Shown here: positions 39,567 through 48,873 of the stretch, piece after piece
Position numbering within the stretch: position 1 is the first letter of the stretch
How the letters are laid out: each line of letters opens with the position of its first letter
Assembly (NCBI GenBank): GCA_018970425.1
Contig: JAGWWK010000002.1
Coordinates: 72,068-136,067 of the forward strand
Length of the DNA: 64,000 bases
Origin: Patescibacteria group bacterium
GTDB lineage: Bacteria > Patescibacteriota > Minisyncoccia > Phycocordibacterales > Phycocordibacteraceae
Direction of reading: 5' to 3'
Translations under genes and position numbers: made by a program
Notes under the pieces: generated by a model
Told to the model about the DNA's origin: nothing
The model's input: the letters and a program-made list of their open reading frames with translations, nothing else
Databases searched by the model: none

Positions 39567-42431
39567 CTACAGCTGCTTTTTTAGCTGCGCATACTTCTCT
39601 CTGATCTCGTCCTCAACGGCAGCGCGCGGTCTTCCGAAGCGCTGGAACGACAATTGCTTCAGTGTCTCTATATTAACTGCATCACCAGATACATATGGCA
39701 GTGCGTCAAGCGTAAATGGAGGGAGCGGTGAGTTGTTTGCGAGGAGGCGCACATACGCACTAAAGTTCGGAATTTTCAGCACATCGGTGGGTGAAAATAT
39801 GGGAGTTAACTGCTTTGAAAGAAACTCGGCGTCATCGGGTCCCACGCGAAACACGGCCATAGAGCCGACATTTCCGAACACTGCGTCGCGGATGCGCGGG
39901 TACAGTTGTCCTAAAAATTGGTGCGCCATCGTAAGCGAGAGACCGAACTTTCTTGCCTCGGCAAGGATAGTTGATATTGAGTCGGTCGAAATGTTTTGGA
40001 ACTCGTCGAGATAGAGGTAAAACGGCGGCGGTTTTTTACTCGGATCGCGCGCAAGCGCGGTCATAAGAAACTTGCCTACGATGATGAGACCGATAAGGTT
40101 TGCGTTTTGATCGCCGAGGCGACCCTTCGACAGGTTTACCAAGAAAATTTTCTTGCTGTCCATTATGTCTTTGAAGTTGAACGAGCTTCGCTGCTGCCCT
40201 ACGATCGGTCGCATGATCTCATTCGCAATAAAGATGTCGAACTTTGAGGTAATGTACGGCACAATGTTTTTAAGCGACCCCTCGCCGGAGACGCGCTCTG
40301 CAATATCTTCCCAGAAATGGGATACCACTTCGTTCTTACAGCGCGAGAGCTTGAGGCGACGGTAACTCTCATCAGAAAGCACGCGTGCAATGTCCATGAG
40401 CGTCGAGCCGGTGTCTGGATCCTCGACCACGAGGAGTGCTGCGTTTCTAAAGTACTGCTCGAAAATCGGACCAAATGCCTCGGGCACTTGCCCGTAGAGC
40501 TTTTGAAATATCTTGAAAAGCTCGTCTACAACGAACGTTTTTTGCTCTGGAAAGCGCGGATCGTACTCGAGCATGTTGAGTCCCATCGGCCGGTCGGTAA
40601 ATGCTGGATCAAAGTAGATCACATCGTCGTACCGCTCTTTTGGAATGCGCGAGAGAATGTCAATTACATCCGCACCATGCGGGTCAACAAAGCAGACACC
40701 CTCGCCATTTTCGATATCTTGAATGATGAGGTTTTTGAGAAAATTGGTTTTACCGGTACCGGTCTGACCTATCACATAGAGGTGACGCAGTCGATCGTTC
40801 GGCGTCATGCGTATATCTACTGTCACGCCTGCATGAGTATTTCTGCCAAGAAGTACTCCTGATGTCGGGACACCAAGAGGCGCAGGTGCGTACTTGCCGC
40901 CAGCGGTTTTAGCCTCGCGGCTCGTAGTACCACCGGCAATCGCGAGATGGAACACGGTTGCGAGCTCTTGAAGGTTCATAGGCATACAGGGACTTGCATA
41001 CAGGAGCGGAGAGCGTATCTTCTCAAAGAACTCATTGTACAAAGCGCCCCAAAAGGACTCGATGGGTCCGGGATCAAACGTGCGGAAAATAAACGATCGG
41101 AGGAGCGCATGCTCATCGCGAGCGGTTTTCGGAAAGCGGACTTTAAAGCGATTGCCCTGTATGTCCTCGAACTGGTTTAGAACGAGCTCGAACTCATGCA
41201 TCAGCGCGTCGGCTCGCTGCGCGGTGCGTGCCGACACCACAAAACGCATATTGACGCCCGATATGACGCTCCGCATTTTTTTCTCTATCTGGTTTACCTG
41301 AATAGCATCTGCCTCGTAGTCTTTTTCTTTTTTCTCTTTGGAAGAGAAAATATCCATGACAGTGCTCAAGAATTTGGGCGCATGTTTCCGCATAAAGGAA
41401 AGACGTCCGAGCAGTCGGTGTTTCCGGTACACCTCCGCGCCCGACATCTTGCCGGACCGTAGGTCATCGAGCACTGACTTAAACCGTTTAGTCCAATACT
41501 CCCCCGCTGACGCGACGGAAAACTGGAGCGCCGCACCCTCACCCTCTTTTGACATCCGCGACATGACCGCGAGGAGCTGGTTGAGCGGATCATTCACGAA
41601 CTGATCGGCCGTTCGTATAGGAAGGCACATTGGCCGATACAGCGTTAGGTACGCAATACGCGTCACCCCGAATTGATTGAAAGGGTTGTAATCTTTTTTG
41701 AGTTCGTGCACGTGCGCATCATGGAAGTGCGCATGTATCTGCTTTTCAAACAGCTCCCGACGCTTCCGAGGCACCGCAACATAGAACACTGCATCCTCTT
41801 CTGCTGAAGAGACGGCGAGTTCCATAGTAAAGTGGTCTTTGTGAATGGCGCGGCGCTTCCTCCAGTCCTTGAAAAAAATCATATCGGGGAGCCCGGCAAA
41901 CGGAATGACTGCCTGGTAGAGGAGCTCCATCTGCGTCACGATGTCCGTCAGTGACCCGCCATGATTCCCACTCATCTCTGGCACCGTCACCTCAAGTACC
42001 GTAAAGTCGAGCGCACGGCCTATGTCGCTTTTCGGGTCAAGACCGGGTATAGACGTACCCTCAGCACGCATCGAGGTGAGGAGATTGTGGAAATCGTCTT
42101 CTAGGTGCGGATTTTTAATTCGATCAAGTTCGCGAAGCGCGGCCGGAAGACCTCGCTCGTTTAAAATGGAGAGGAGCTCCTCCATATCTTTGTCATTGGC
42201 CTCAGGGGTGAGTTGTACTTTGAACTCGGGCTTTCTCTCGATGGGTTGCGTGGGGATCATTGGCCCCTCCACAGGCATGTCGAGTATGTCATCGTGAGAC
42301 TGAGAAGCCCCGCGTCTGCCGCCGCCGTACCCGCCGCTTCGCGTATCTTCTTTCTGCTTATTCAAATTCTGCTCTGGGGAGAGATTTTTTTCAGGCGGCG
42401 CGTCGAAACTTGGAACCCCTGGGTTCACCAT
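39567..42431 (-). CDS. VirD4/TraD/HerA-like ATPase
   Basis: RHLYVIGQTGTGKT, VDPHG, LYLDEFQN, EARKFGL..AHQ. Confidence 0.9.
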   Translation of the reverse strand: MVNPGVPSFDAPPEKNLSPEQNLNKQKEDTRSGGYGGGRRGASQSHDDILDMPVEGPMIPTQPIERKPEFKVQLTPEANDKDMEELLSILNERGLPAALRELDRIKNPHLEDDFHNLLTSMRAEGTSIPGLDPKSDIGRALDFTVLEVTVPEMSGNHGGSLTDIVTQMELLYQAVIPFAGLPDMIFFKDWRKRRAIHKDHFTMELAVSSAEEDAVFYVAVPRKRRELFEKQIHAHFHDAHVHELKKDYNPFNQFGVTRIAYLTLYRPMCLPIRTADQFVNDPLNQLLAVMSRMSKEGEGAALQFSVASAGEYWTKRFKSVLDDLRSGKMSGAEVYRKHRLLGRLSFMRKHAPKFLSTVMDIFSSKEKKEKDYEADAIQVNQIEKKMRSVISGVNMRFVVSARTAQRADALMHEFELVLNQFEDIQGNRFKVRFPKTARDEHALLRSFIFRTFDPGPIESFWGALYNEFFEKIRSPLLYASPCMPMNLQELATVFHLAIAGGTTSREAKTAGGKYAPAPLGVPTSGVLLGRNTHAGVTVDIRMTPNDRLRHLYVIGQTGTGKTNFLKNLIIQDIENGEGVCFVDPHGADVIDILSRIPKERYDDVIYFDPAFTDRPMGLNMLEYDPRFPEQKTFVVDELFKIFQKLYGQVPEAFGPIFEQYFRNAALLVVEDPDTGSTLMDIARVLSDESYRRLKLSRCKNEVVSHFWEDIAERVSGEGSLKNIVPYITSKFDIFIANEIMRPIVGQQRSSFNFKDIMDSKKIFLVNLSKGRLGDQNANLIGLIIVGKFLMTALARDPSKKPPPFYLYLDEFQNISTDSISTILAEARKFGLSLTMAHQFLGQLYPRIRDAVFGNVGSMAVFRVGPDDAEFLSKQLTPIFSPTDVLKIPNFSAYVRLLANNSPLPPFTLDALPYVSGDAVNIETLKQLSFQRFGRPRAAVEDEIREKYAQLKKQL

Positions 42432-42448
42432 ACGCCTAGTATAACGCG

Positions 42449-43219
42449 CTACAGAACGGTCAGTATTTCTGCTTCACCTGCGCGAATGGCTACCGTGTGC
42501 TCCCAGTGTGCCGCGCGAGTACCGTCTTTTGTCACATATGTGTAGCCGTCAAACTTGAGACGGAGGCGCGGAGTACCGAGGGTAAACATAGGTTCAATCG
42601 CAAGCACCATTCCCGGCTCGAGTAACTCGCCCTCGCCCGCGTCACCCACGTTCGGCACATACGGCTCCTCGTGGACCGCATGCCCGACTCCGTGCCCGCC
42701 AAGTTCAAATACAATACCGTATCCTGCGCGGACTCCCGCCTTTTCAACCGCCGCTGAAATATCTCCTATGCGACCACCTCCTCGAGCCGCCGCAATACCG
42801 GCGTAGAGCGCGTCACGCGTTGCCTCCGCGAGCGCCGCGTCTTCCTGACGCGCAGTGCCGGCAATCACCGTGACCGCGTGGTCGGTTATGAGTCCAGCAT
42901 GGAGTACTCCGCCGTCGAGCTTTACCACATCACCGTCTTTAATGACGCGATTATTTTCAGTAGGTATACCGTGTACCACCTCCTCGTTAACCGATATGCA
43001 AATAGCGGACGGGAATGCTCGCTTGGCGCCACGCGGGCGATAGTTTAAAAACGCGGGCACATCGCCTGCAGCGCGAACTGTTGCCTCGAATTGGTCATTG
43101 AGCTCCTTGAGAGTCACCCCGGGACGTACACCGTCTCGAGTAACTGCTATCGCGTGCGCGAGGCGTTTACCACCTTCGCGAAGCGCGATGATTTCCGCCT
43201 CTGTCTTGATACGTGCCAT
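42449..43219 (-). CDS. map: methionine aminopeptidase
   Basis: SVNEEVVHGIP, GHGVG..VHEEP, AIEPM, AHWEHT. Confidence 0.97.
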   Translation of the reverse strand: MARIKTEAEIIALREGGKRLAHAIAVTRDGVRPGVTLKELNDQFEATVRAAGDVPAFLNYRPRGAKRAFPSAICISVNEEVVHGIPTENNRVIKDGDVVKLDGGVLHAGLITDHAVTVIAGTARQEDAALAEATRDALYAGIAAARGGGRIGDISAAVEKAGVRAGYGIVFELGGHGVGHAVHEEPYVPNVGDAGEGELLEPGMVLAIEPMFTLGTPRLRLKFDGYTYVTKDGTRAAHWEHTVAIRAGEAEILTVL

Positions 43220-43223
43220 ACCA

Positions 43224-43817
43224 CTACATTTCTGAAAACTTGGCCATCACCGCGGTATGGATATCATCAATTGAGCCTATACCGTTCACGTCTAAGACAG
43301 CACCTTTTTCTCGGAAGAACTGGAGCGCGGGCGCTGTCTCGCGCTCATACGCCTCAAAGCGAATCGCAATCTTCTGCTCTGAATCTGAGTCGGGGCGATT
43401 GCCTGCCTTGGCGCGTAGGATCTGTCGAGCCCGAGCATCATCTTCCGAGATGTCGAGATTGATAACGCGGTACGGACGCCCAAGCCAGCCGGTGACCTCA
43501 TGAAAAAGTTCTGCTTGCGCGAGCGTGCGTCCAGAGCCCTCGAAAATAAGACCGGCCTCGGGTGAGAGGTAGATCATGGCATCGATCGTCAGGTAGTCTG
43601 CGAACCAGTTTGGAATCAGGCGCCCAGCATCGTATTCACGCCTGATATGCTCGCCCAAGGTGTCACGATGCTCGCGGAGCTCGCGAAACTTTTCTCCCGT
43701 TGATACAACATGGAAACCCGTTGCCTCTGACATGAGGCGGGCCTGCGTCTCCTTACCGGAACCCGGGCGGCCCATAAATAGAATGGTTCGAGCCGGACCG
43801 TGCTTAGCGTGTGGCAT
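43224..43817 (-). CDS. adk: adenylate kinase-like NMP kinase
   Basis: GRPGSGKETQ, STGEKFR, R.D.D; position upstream of map. Confidence 0.85.
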   Translation of the reverse strand: MPHAKHGPARTILFMGRPGSGKETQARLMSEATGFHVVSTGEKFRELREHRDTLGEHIRREYDAGRLIPNWFADYLTIDAMIYLSPEAGLIFEGSGRTLAQAELFHEVTGWLGRPYRVINLDISEDDARARQILRAKAGNRPDSDSEQKIAIRFEAYERETAPALQFFREKGAVLDVNGIGSIDDIHTAVMAKFSEM

Positions 43818-43821
43818 GTCT

Positions 43822-44397
43822 TTACTCTAGCACGTAGCCCTCTTTTTTTAGAATAGCGACAACCTCCTCTATCGCAGCGTTGAGCCTGCCCTCCTCGTTT
43901 ACAATCCGATAGTCGTACCATGGCGCCTCGTCAGCAATCTCGCGACGAGTAAAGGCGAGTCGCTCTTCCCACTCGGCCTCGGTCATTGCGGAGCGCGCGC
44001 GCACGCGGTGCTCAAAGGCGTCTAATGAGCCCGGCATTATAAAAAAGGTTGTGGCTCCATACTGCTCTTTAAGGTAGCGAGCGCCGACGATCTGAATCTG
44101 AAACGCAACGATCTTCCCATCGCGAAGCTTAGCGTCAAGATCGGGCTTATACAGTCCATAGTAGGTATCGGTGTCAGCGCGGTGATAGTGCTCAGGAATC
44201 TGCCCTTCGTCAACTCGCGTTAAAAAATCTTCGCGAGAGAGGAAATAGTAATTCACTCCCGACTCTTCCTGCGGGCGAGGGCTACGTGTTGTCGCGTTAA
44301 CCGCAAACACGATGCGCGGGTACCGTGCGATGAGACCTCGAATAATTGAGTCTTTACCACTTCCCGTAGGACCCGCTATAGCAAAGACATTCTTCAT
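43822..44397 (-). CDS. gmk: guanylate kinase
   Basis: GPTGSGKD, TTRSPRPQE..GVNYYF, YYG. Confidence 0.92.
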   Translation of the reverse strand: MKNVFAIAGPTGSGKDSIIRGLIARYPRIVFAVNATTRSPRPQEESGVNYYFLSREDFLTRVDEGQIPEHYHRADTDTYYGLYKPDLDAKLRDGKIVAFQIQIVGARYLKEQYGATTFFIMPGSLDAFEHRVRARSAMTEAEWEERLAFTRREIADEAPWYDYRIVNEEGRLNAAIEEVVAILKKEGYVLE

Positions 44398-44463
44398 ACG
44401 AGCAGTGTAACAAAAAACCTCCTAGTCGCGCTGAGAGAGCCACGGCGCGAGCACAGCGGCTGC

Positions 44464-45735
44464 TTAGTACTCTCTGAGAGAGATCTGTGCGTCGATTTTG
44501 CGGACGACGTCGAGAACGACGGACACCACAATGAGGAGCGCAGTACCACCAATAGCCAAGGAGGCAATACCGGTGACGTTCTCAACAATGAGTGGGAAGA
44601 CGGCAATGACGCCCAGAAAGACCGCGCCCACGAGCGTGATGCGTGTAATGACACGACCGATGTACTCCGCAGTGGTCTGTCCTGGCCGAACGCCCGGAAC
44701 AAACGCACCGTTTTTCTGTAGATTCTGCGCCATCTGCTGTGGGTCAAAGGTAATAGCGGTAAAGAAGTAGGTGAACAAAATAACACAGAGGAAGTAGAGA
44801 ACTCCGTAGACTACCGATGCGCCGGTATAGGTCGTAAGCATTGTGGCAAGCGCAGAGAGTGCGCCGAGTCCGGCATTAGCGAGGTACGCAAGGCCGATTT
44901 CAGGAAGCGAGAGTATTGAGAGCGCGAAAATGATTGGCATCACGCCTGCCTGGTTCAAACGTAGCGGTAGATAGGTAGGAACACCGCCTGAAACTGCCGT
45001 TCCCACAACGCGCTTAGCGTAGGTAACGGGTATTGGCCGCTCTGCCTCGGATATGTACACAACTGCATACGTTACCGCGAGCGCAACCGCACTGAAACCA
45101 ACATAGAGAGGGATCTGCGACGGGTCAAAGGTAAACAAAAGCTGTGCGATGGTCGAAGGCAATGTCGCGACGATGCCGGCGAAAATGATGAGTGACACGC
45201 CGTTCCCGATACCGTACTCAGTGATAAGCTCACCGATCCACATAAGGAGCATTGAACCCGCGACCGCGACCGCGACATTCATAGCGAAGAAGAACCAGTT
45301 GCCGTGTATTAAAATGCCTTGCGCCTGAAAGTAAAGCAACAAACCGACTGCCTGAATGATGGCAAGCGGTACGGACAATACGCGCGCATACTGCGAAAAG
45401 CGCCGGCGACCGATCTCCCCCTCCTCGGTGTACATCGCCTTCAGTTTTGGCGCGATAACCGTCCCGAGCTGCATGATGATAGACGCCGTAATGAACGGCG
45501 CGACGCCGAGCATGACGATAGAGAGGTTTGAAAGTCCTCCGCCGGTAAATACGTTTAAAAATCCGAGTGCCTGCGACTGTGCAAAAAAGGTTTCGAGCCG
45601 CAGGGCGTCAATGCCCGGAAGTGGTATGACCGCAAGTGCGCGGAACAAGATAAGACCTCCGATCATGAAGCCGAGCTTTCGCATGATCGACGGATCCGTA
45701 AGGATAAGTCGTAGCTTTTGCGTGAGTGCCTGCAT
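44464..45735 (-). CDS. secY: preprotein translocase SecY
   Basis: LGVAPFITASII, GIGNGVSLIIF, VPGVRPG, GGTALLIVV. Confidence 0.98.
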   Translation of the reverse strand: MQALTQKLRLILTDPSIMRKLGFMIGGLILFRALAVIPLPGIDALRLETFFAQSQALGFLNVFTGGGLSNLSIVMLGVAPFITASIIMQLGTVIAPKLKAMYTEEGEIGRRRFSQYARVLSVPLAIIQAVGLLLYFQAQGILIHGNWFFFAMNVAVAVAGSMLLMWIGELITEYGIGNGVSLIIFAGIVATLPSTIAQLLFTFDPSQIPLYVGFSAVALAVTYAVVYISEAERPIPVTYAKRVVGTAVSGGVPTYLPLRLNQAGVMPIIFALSILSLPEIGLAYLANAGLGALSALATMLTTYTGASVVYGVLYFLCVILFTYFFTAITFDPQQMAQNLQKNGAFVPGVRPGQTTAEYIGRVITRITLVGAVFLGVIAVFPLIVENVTGIASLAIGGTALLIVVSVVLDVVRKIDAQISLREY

Positions 45736-45736
45736 G

Positions 45737-46189
45737 CTAGGCTTCAATAGAACCGCCCGCACGCTCAACTGCCGCGCGTGCATCTGCTGATGCCGCGATG
45801 CCCTTGACTATCGTGAGCTTCTTAGTGAGCGCGCCGCGCGCGAGGATCTTCATTGGTGGAACGTTACCCGAAACGCGTCTGACGATACCGTTTTTGATGA
45901 GCGCTGGAACTGTGACACGATCGCCAGCTGAAAACGCGCGCTCAAGAGCTTCAAGCGTCACGATGGCATGCGGAACCATGGGTCTCACTGTGCGTGAGCG
46001 GTTCTTGCCAAAGCCACGACGCTTTGGCATCTTCTTGATGATGTCGCGCCACTCTGGTCGGCGCTTGTTGCCGGCGCGCGCAGTTTGACCCTTGCCGCCG
46101 CGTCCGCTTGTCTTACCGCGCTTACCACCGCGGCCGACACGGCGTGCCTTCTTAAGTCCTTGCGGTCGTGAGAGTGATGAGAGGGTCAT
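45737..46189 (-). CDS. rplO: 50S ribosomal protein L15
   Basis: RVGRGGKRGKTSGRG.KGQ.AR, PKRRGF. Confidence 0.96.
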   Translation of the reverse strand: MTLSSLSRPQGLKKARRVGRGGKRGKTSGRGGKGQTARAGNKRRPEWRDIIKKMPKRRGFGKNRSRTVRPMVPHAIVTLEALERAFSAGDRVTVPALIKNGIVRRVSGNVPPMKILARGALTKKLTIVKGIAASADARAAVERAGGSIEA

Positions 46190-46199
46190 AAATATGAAA

Positions 46200-46778
46200 T
46201 TACTTTTTGAGCTTCTTGAGAGCGTCGACTGCGGCGCGTGCGATGTTGAGCTTGTTCTTAGAACCGGAGAGGATCTTGCTGGTCACGTCTTTAATGCCGG
46301 CAAGCTCGAGCACTGTTTTGACCGATGAGCCGGCGACAATACCGCGATCCGGCGCAGGGCGGATTTCTACAATACCAGAGCTGTTTTTTGCCATGACATC
46401 GTGCGGAATAGACATCTGCTCTGTAGTGCGGACGCGGAACATGTTGCGCTTCGCGTCGCGAAATGCCTTGTCTACAGCAAGCGCCGTGTCGCCTCCCTTT
46501 CCAATACCAATACCGACGCGACCCTTGCGGTCACCGGCAACAATAGCCGCAGAAAATGAGAAACGGCGTCCGCCTGCCACAACACGGGCAACACGGCGGA
46601 GCTGGATGATCTTTTGATCAAACTCGGATCGTGGCTTTTCCTCGCGACGGCGCGGTGCTCCACGGCGACCTCGGTCACCACGATCTCCGCGACCTCGACC
46701 GGCGCGCTCGCGCGGTGCTTCCGCGAACGTTGACTCGACTCCCGGATTCTCAGTTACTGGTTGTGGTTGATCAGTCAT
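46200..46778 (-). CDS. rpsE: 30S ribosomal protein S5
   Basis: RVARVVAGGRRFSF, VLELAGIKD. Confidence 0.97.
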   Translation of the reverse strand: MTDQPQPVTENPGVESTFAEAPRERAGRGRGDRGDRGRRGAPRRREEKPRSEFDQKIIQLRRVARVVAGGRRFSFSAAIVAGDRKGRVGIGIGKGGDTALAVDKAFRDAKRNMFRVRTTEQMSIPHDVMAKNSSGIVEIRPAPDRGIVAGSSVKTVLELAGIKDVTSKILSGSKNKLNIARAAVDALKKLKK

Positions 46779-46783
46779 AAAAT

Positions 46784-47140
46784 TTAAAATTGAAGTCCTG
46801 CTTCGCGAGCCGCGTCGGCGAGTGCCTGGACACGGCCGCCGTAGGTAAAGCCGCCGCGGTCGAACACAACTTTAGTAATACCCTTCGCAATCGCTGCCTT
46901 GGCTACCTCTGCGCCAACCTTCTTTGCCTGCTCAAGCTGTGAGAGCTTAGATCCTCCGAGTGAAGTCGCTGCAGCAAGCGTGGTTCCCGTATCATCATTG
47001 ATCACCTGCGCGTACACATACTTGTTTGAGCGGAATACAGCAAGACGAGGGCGCACATCGGTGCCATGCACCGAGCCACGAATCCGGCGATGGCGCCGCG
47101 CTCGGAGATCTGCTTTTGTCTTTGGTGTGAGTTTAGACAT
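46784..47140 (-). CDS. rplR: 50S ribosomal protein L18
   Basis: [27 protein letters not shown]. Confidence 0.97.
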   Translation of the reverse strand: MSKLTPKTKADLRARRHRRIRGSVHGTDVRPRLAVFRSNKYVYAQVINDDTGTTLAAATSLGGSKLSQLEQAKKVGAEVAKAAIAKGITKVVFDRGGFTYGGRVQALADAAREAGLQF

Positions 47141-47151
47141 ACGAGGAATGA

Positions 47152-47688
47152 TTACGCTGCGGCCTTCTTACCCTGCTTCTCACGCACGTACTCACCGGCG
47201 TAGCGGATACCTTTGCCCTTGTACGGTTCAGGCTTCTTAATTGCGCGAACATTTGCCGCAAACTGTCCAACGGCCTCTTTATCAATACCTGAAATGGTAA
47301 TGTTATTTTTCTCCACAGCCGCGTCGACTCCTGCTGGGATCGTAATGATGACCGGGTGTGAGAATCCTACCTGGAATTTAAGGTTCCGCCCCTGAAGCTC
47401 TACTTTGTATCCGATACCTTGAAGCTCGAGCTTCTTTTCATACTTCGCAGTTACTCCGCGGAGCATATTTTTGACATGTGAGGTAAAGGTCCCCGAGAGC
47501 GCGCGAGAAAGCTTATTGGTAGCGCGTGGCGTGACAAGAACGCCGTCCGCACCAACCTCTATAGAAACTGATGGGTGCACTGCTTTCGTAAGTTCACCAA
47601 GAGGGCCGCGCACTGATAGCGCACCGTTAGTCATCGTGACGGTTACATTTGCGGGGACTGCGATGCTGTTTTTGGCAAGTCGAGACAT
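47152..47688 (-). CDS. rplF: 50S ribosomal protein L6
   Basis: [23 protein letters not shown]. Confidence 0.97.
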   Translation of the reverse strand: MSRLAKNSIAVPANVTVTMTNGALSVRGPLGELTKAVHPSVSIEVGADGVLVTPRATNKLSRALSGTFTSHVKNMLRGVTAKYEKKLELQGIGYKVELQGRNLKFQVGFSHPVIITIPAGVDAAVEKNNITISGIDKEAVGQFAANVRAIKKPEPYKGKGIRYAGEYVREKQGKKAAA

Positions 47689-47693
47689 AGTGG

Positions 47694-48089
47694 TTACCAG
47701 ATTGCGAACATTGTCTCTCCGCCTACCCGGTTACGGCGTGCGTCAGCATCGGTCATGATGCCGCGCGGAGTTGTGATAACGACGTGCCCTTTCCCATTTT
47801 TATAGCTGTGCATATCGCGAACAGGCGCATACAGTCTGCGGCCTGGTTTGGAGATACGCTTAACGCCGTGAATGCGCGGCTCGCCGTCTGGGTCATAGAT
47901 GAGCTCGACTGTGAGCGTCTTGTGCGCACCGTCTGCGTCTTCAGTAATCTCCCCGAGGTAGCCCTCGCGTTTCAGTACAAGCGCGATCTGATGCTTAAGG
48001 TTTGAAAACGGAACAGATACATGCGTCTTGCGCACCGCAACGGCGGTAGTGAGACGGTTAATGAAATCGCCAATGACGTCAGTGACCAT
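47694..48089 (-). CDS. rpsH: 30S ribosomal protein S8
   Basis: D.IGDF..R, RISKPGRRLY, GGE; start moved to ATG 48089. Confidence 0.96.
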   Translation of the reverse strand: MVTDVIGDFINRLTTAVAVRKTHVSVPFSNLKHQIALVLKREGYLGEITEDADGAHKTLTVELIYDPDGEPRIHGVKRISKPGRRLYAPVRDMHSYKNGKGHVVITTPRGIMTDADARRNRVGGETMFAIW

Positions 48090-48093
48090 AGAG

Positions 48094-48363
48094 TTACCAG
48101 GATGCTTTAGTAACACCGGGAAGCTCGCCACGGCGCGCCATTTCCCTAAACTGCTGGCGTGAGACGCCAAACTGGCGCATATAGGACTTTGCGTGGCCGG
48201 TTATTGAGCAGCGGTTTTTAATACGGACCGGGCATGCATTTTTCGGAAGCTTCTGGAGAGCTTCGTAATCTCCCGCAGCCTTAAGAGCTGCGCGCTTTAC
48301 CGCATAGCGCTCCGCCATGCGCATTCGCTTTGTATTTCGGGCGAGTTGTGACTTTTTAGCCAT
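48094..48363 (-). CDS. rpsN: 30S ribosomal protein S14, 89-aa non-zinc type
   Basis: [29 protein letters not shown]. Confidence 0.96.
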   Translation of the reverse strand: MAKKSQLARNTKRMRMAERYAVKRAALKAAGDYEALQKLPKNACPVRIKNRCSITGHAKSYMRQFGVSRQQFREMARRGELPGVTKASW

Positions 48364-48432
48364 ACTTTCGCGCCTTCAGGGCGTCCTCGTATCAATAAAG
48401 ATAAAAGAATGTGCGCCTTAAACGCTTTGGGC

Positions 48433-48461
48433 ATACTACCACCCGCTACCTCGGCGGTCAA
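48433..48461 (-). promoter_or_regulatory. promoter for rpsN and downstream spc genes
   Basis: TTGACC-N17-TAGTAT on minus strand. Confidence 0.7.
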
Positions 48462-48486
48462 CAGGCGCCTTAGCGCCCCACCCTGC

Positions 48487-48873
48487 CTATAGATGCTTCC
48501 TCTGCCAAGCCAAAATGCAGAGCGACCCTACAACAAAAAGCATCGACATAAGGAATGCGACCGAACTCTTGTCAAAGCCGTAGAGGAAATCAGTGCGGTA
48601 CTCGGGCGCTAAAAATACTGCAAGCACTGACATAGGGATCCATACTAGTGCAAAGCTGCTCCATGTATTAAATATTTTTTTTGACGTACGAGAAACAAGG
48701 AGAAAAGTCAAAAAGAATATAATGAAAGGCTGAAGTGGGAGGCCGAAAAAATAGTTCCAGCTCATGCACCAACGCCAACTATCTCCGCACAAGTAGAAAG
48801 GTTGAAGCGCTCCAGAAATCAAAGCTAAAGCAGCTCCAATACCGAGAAACGTCATCCAAGTTTTTGTGTTCAT
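48487..48873 (-). CDS. 4-TM membrane protein
   Basis: 128-aa hydrophobic ORF; ATGA overlap with the upstream hydrolase. Confidence 0.75.
   Translation of the reverse strand: MNTKTWMTFLGIGAALALISGALQPFYLCGDSWRWCMSWNYFFGLPLQPFIIFFLTFLLVSRTSKKIFNTWSSFALVWIPMSVLAVFLAPEYRTDFLYGFDKSSVAFLMSMLFVVGSLCILAWQRKHL

Noticed and set aside
46190-46199. Missing rpmD (L30) between rpsE and rplO
   Set aside because: Real, but an established CPR trait; used only as taxonomic support.
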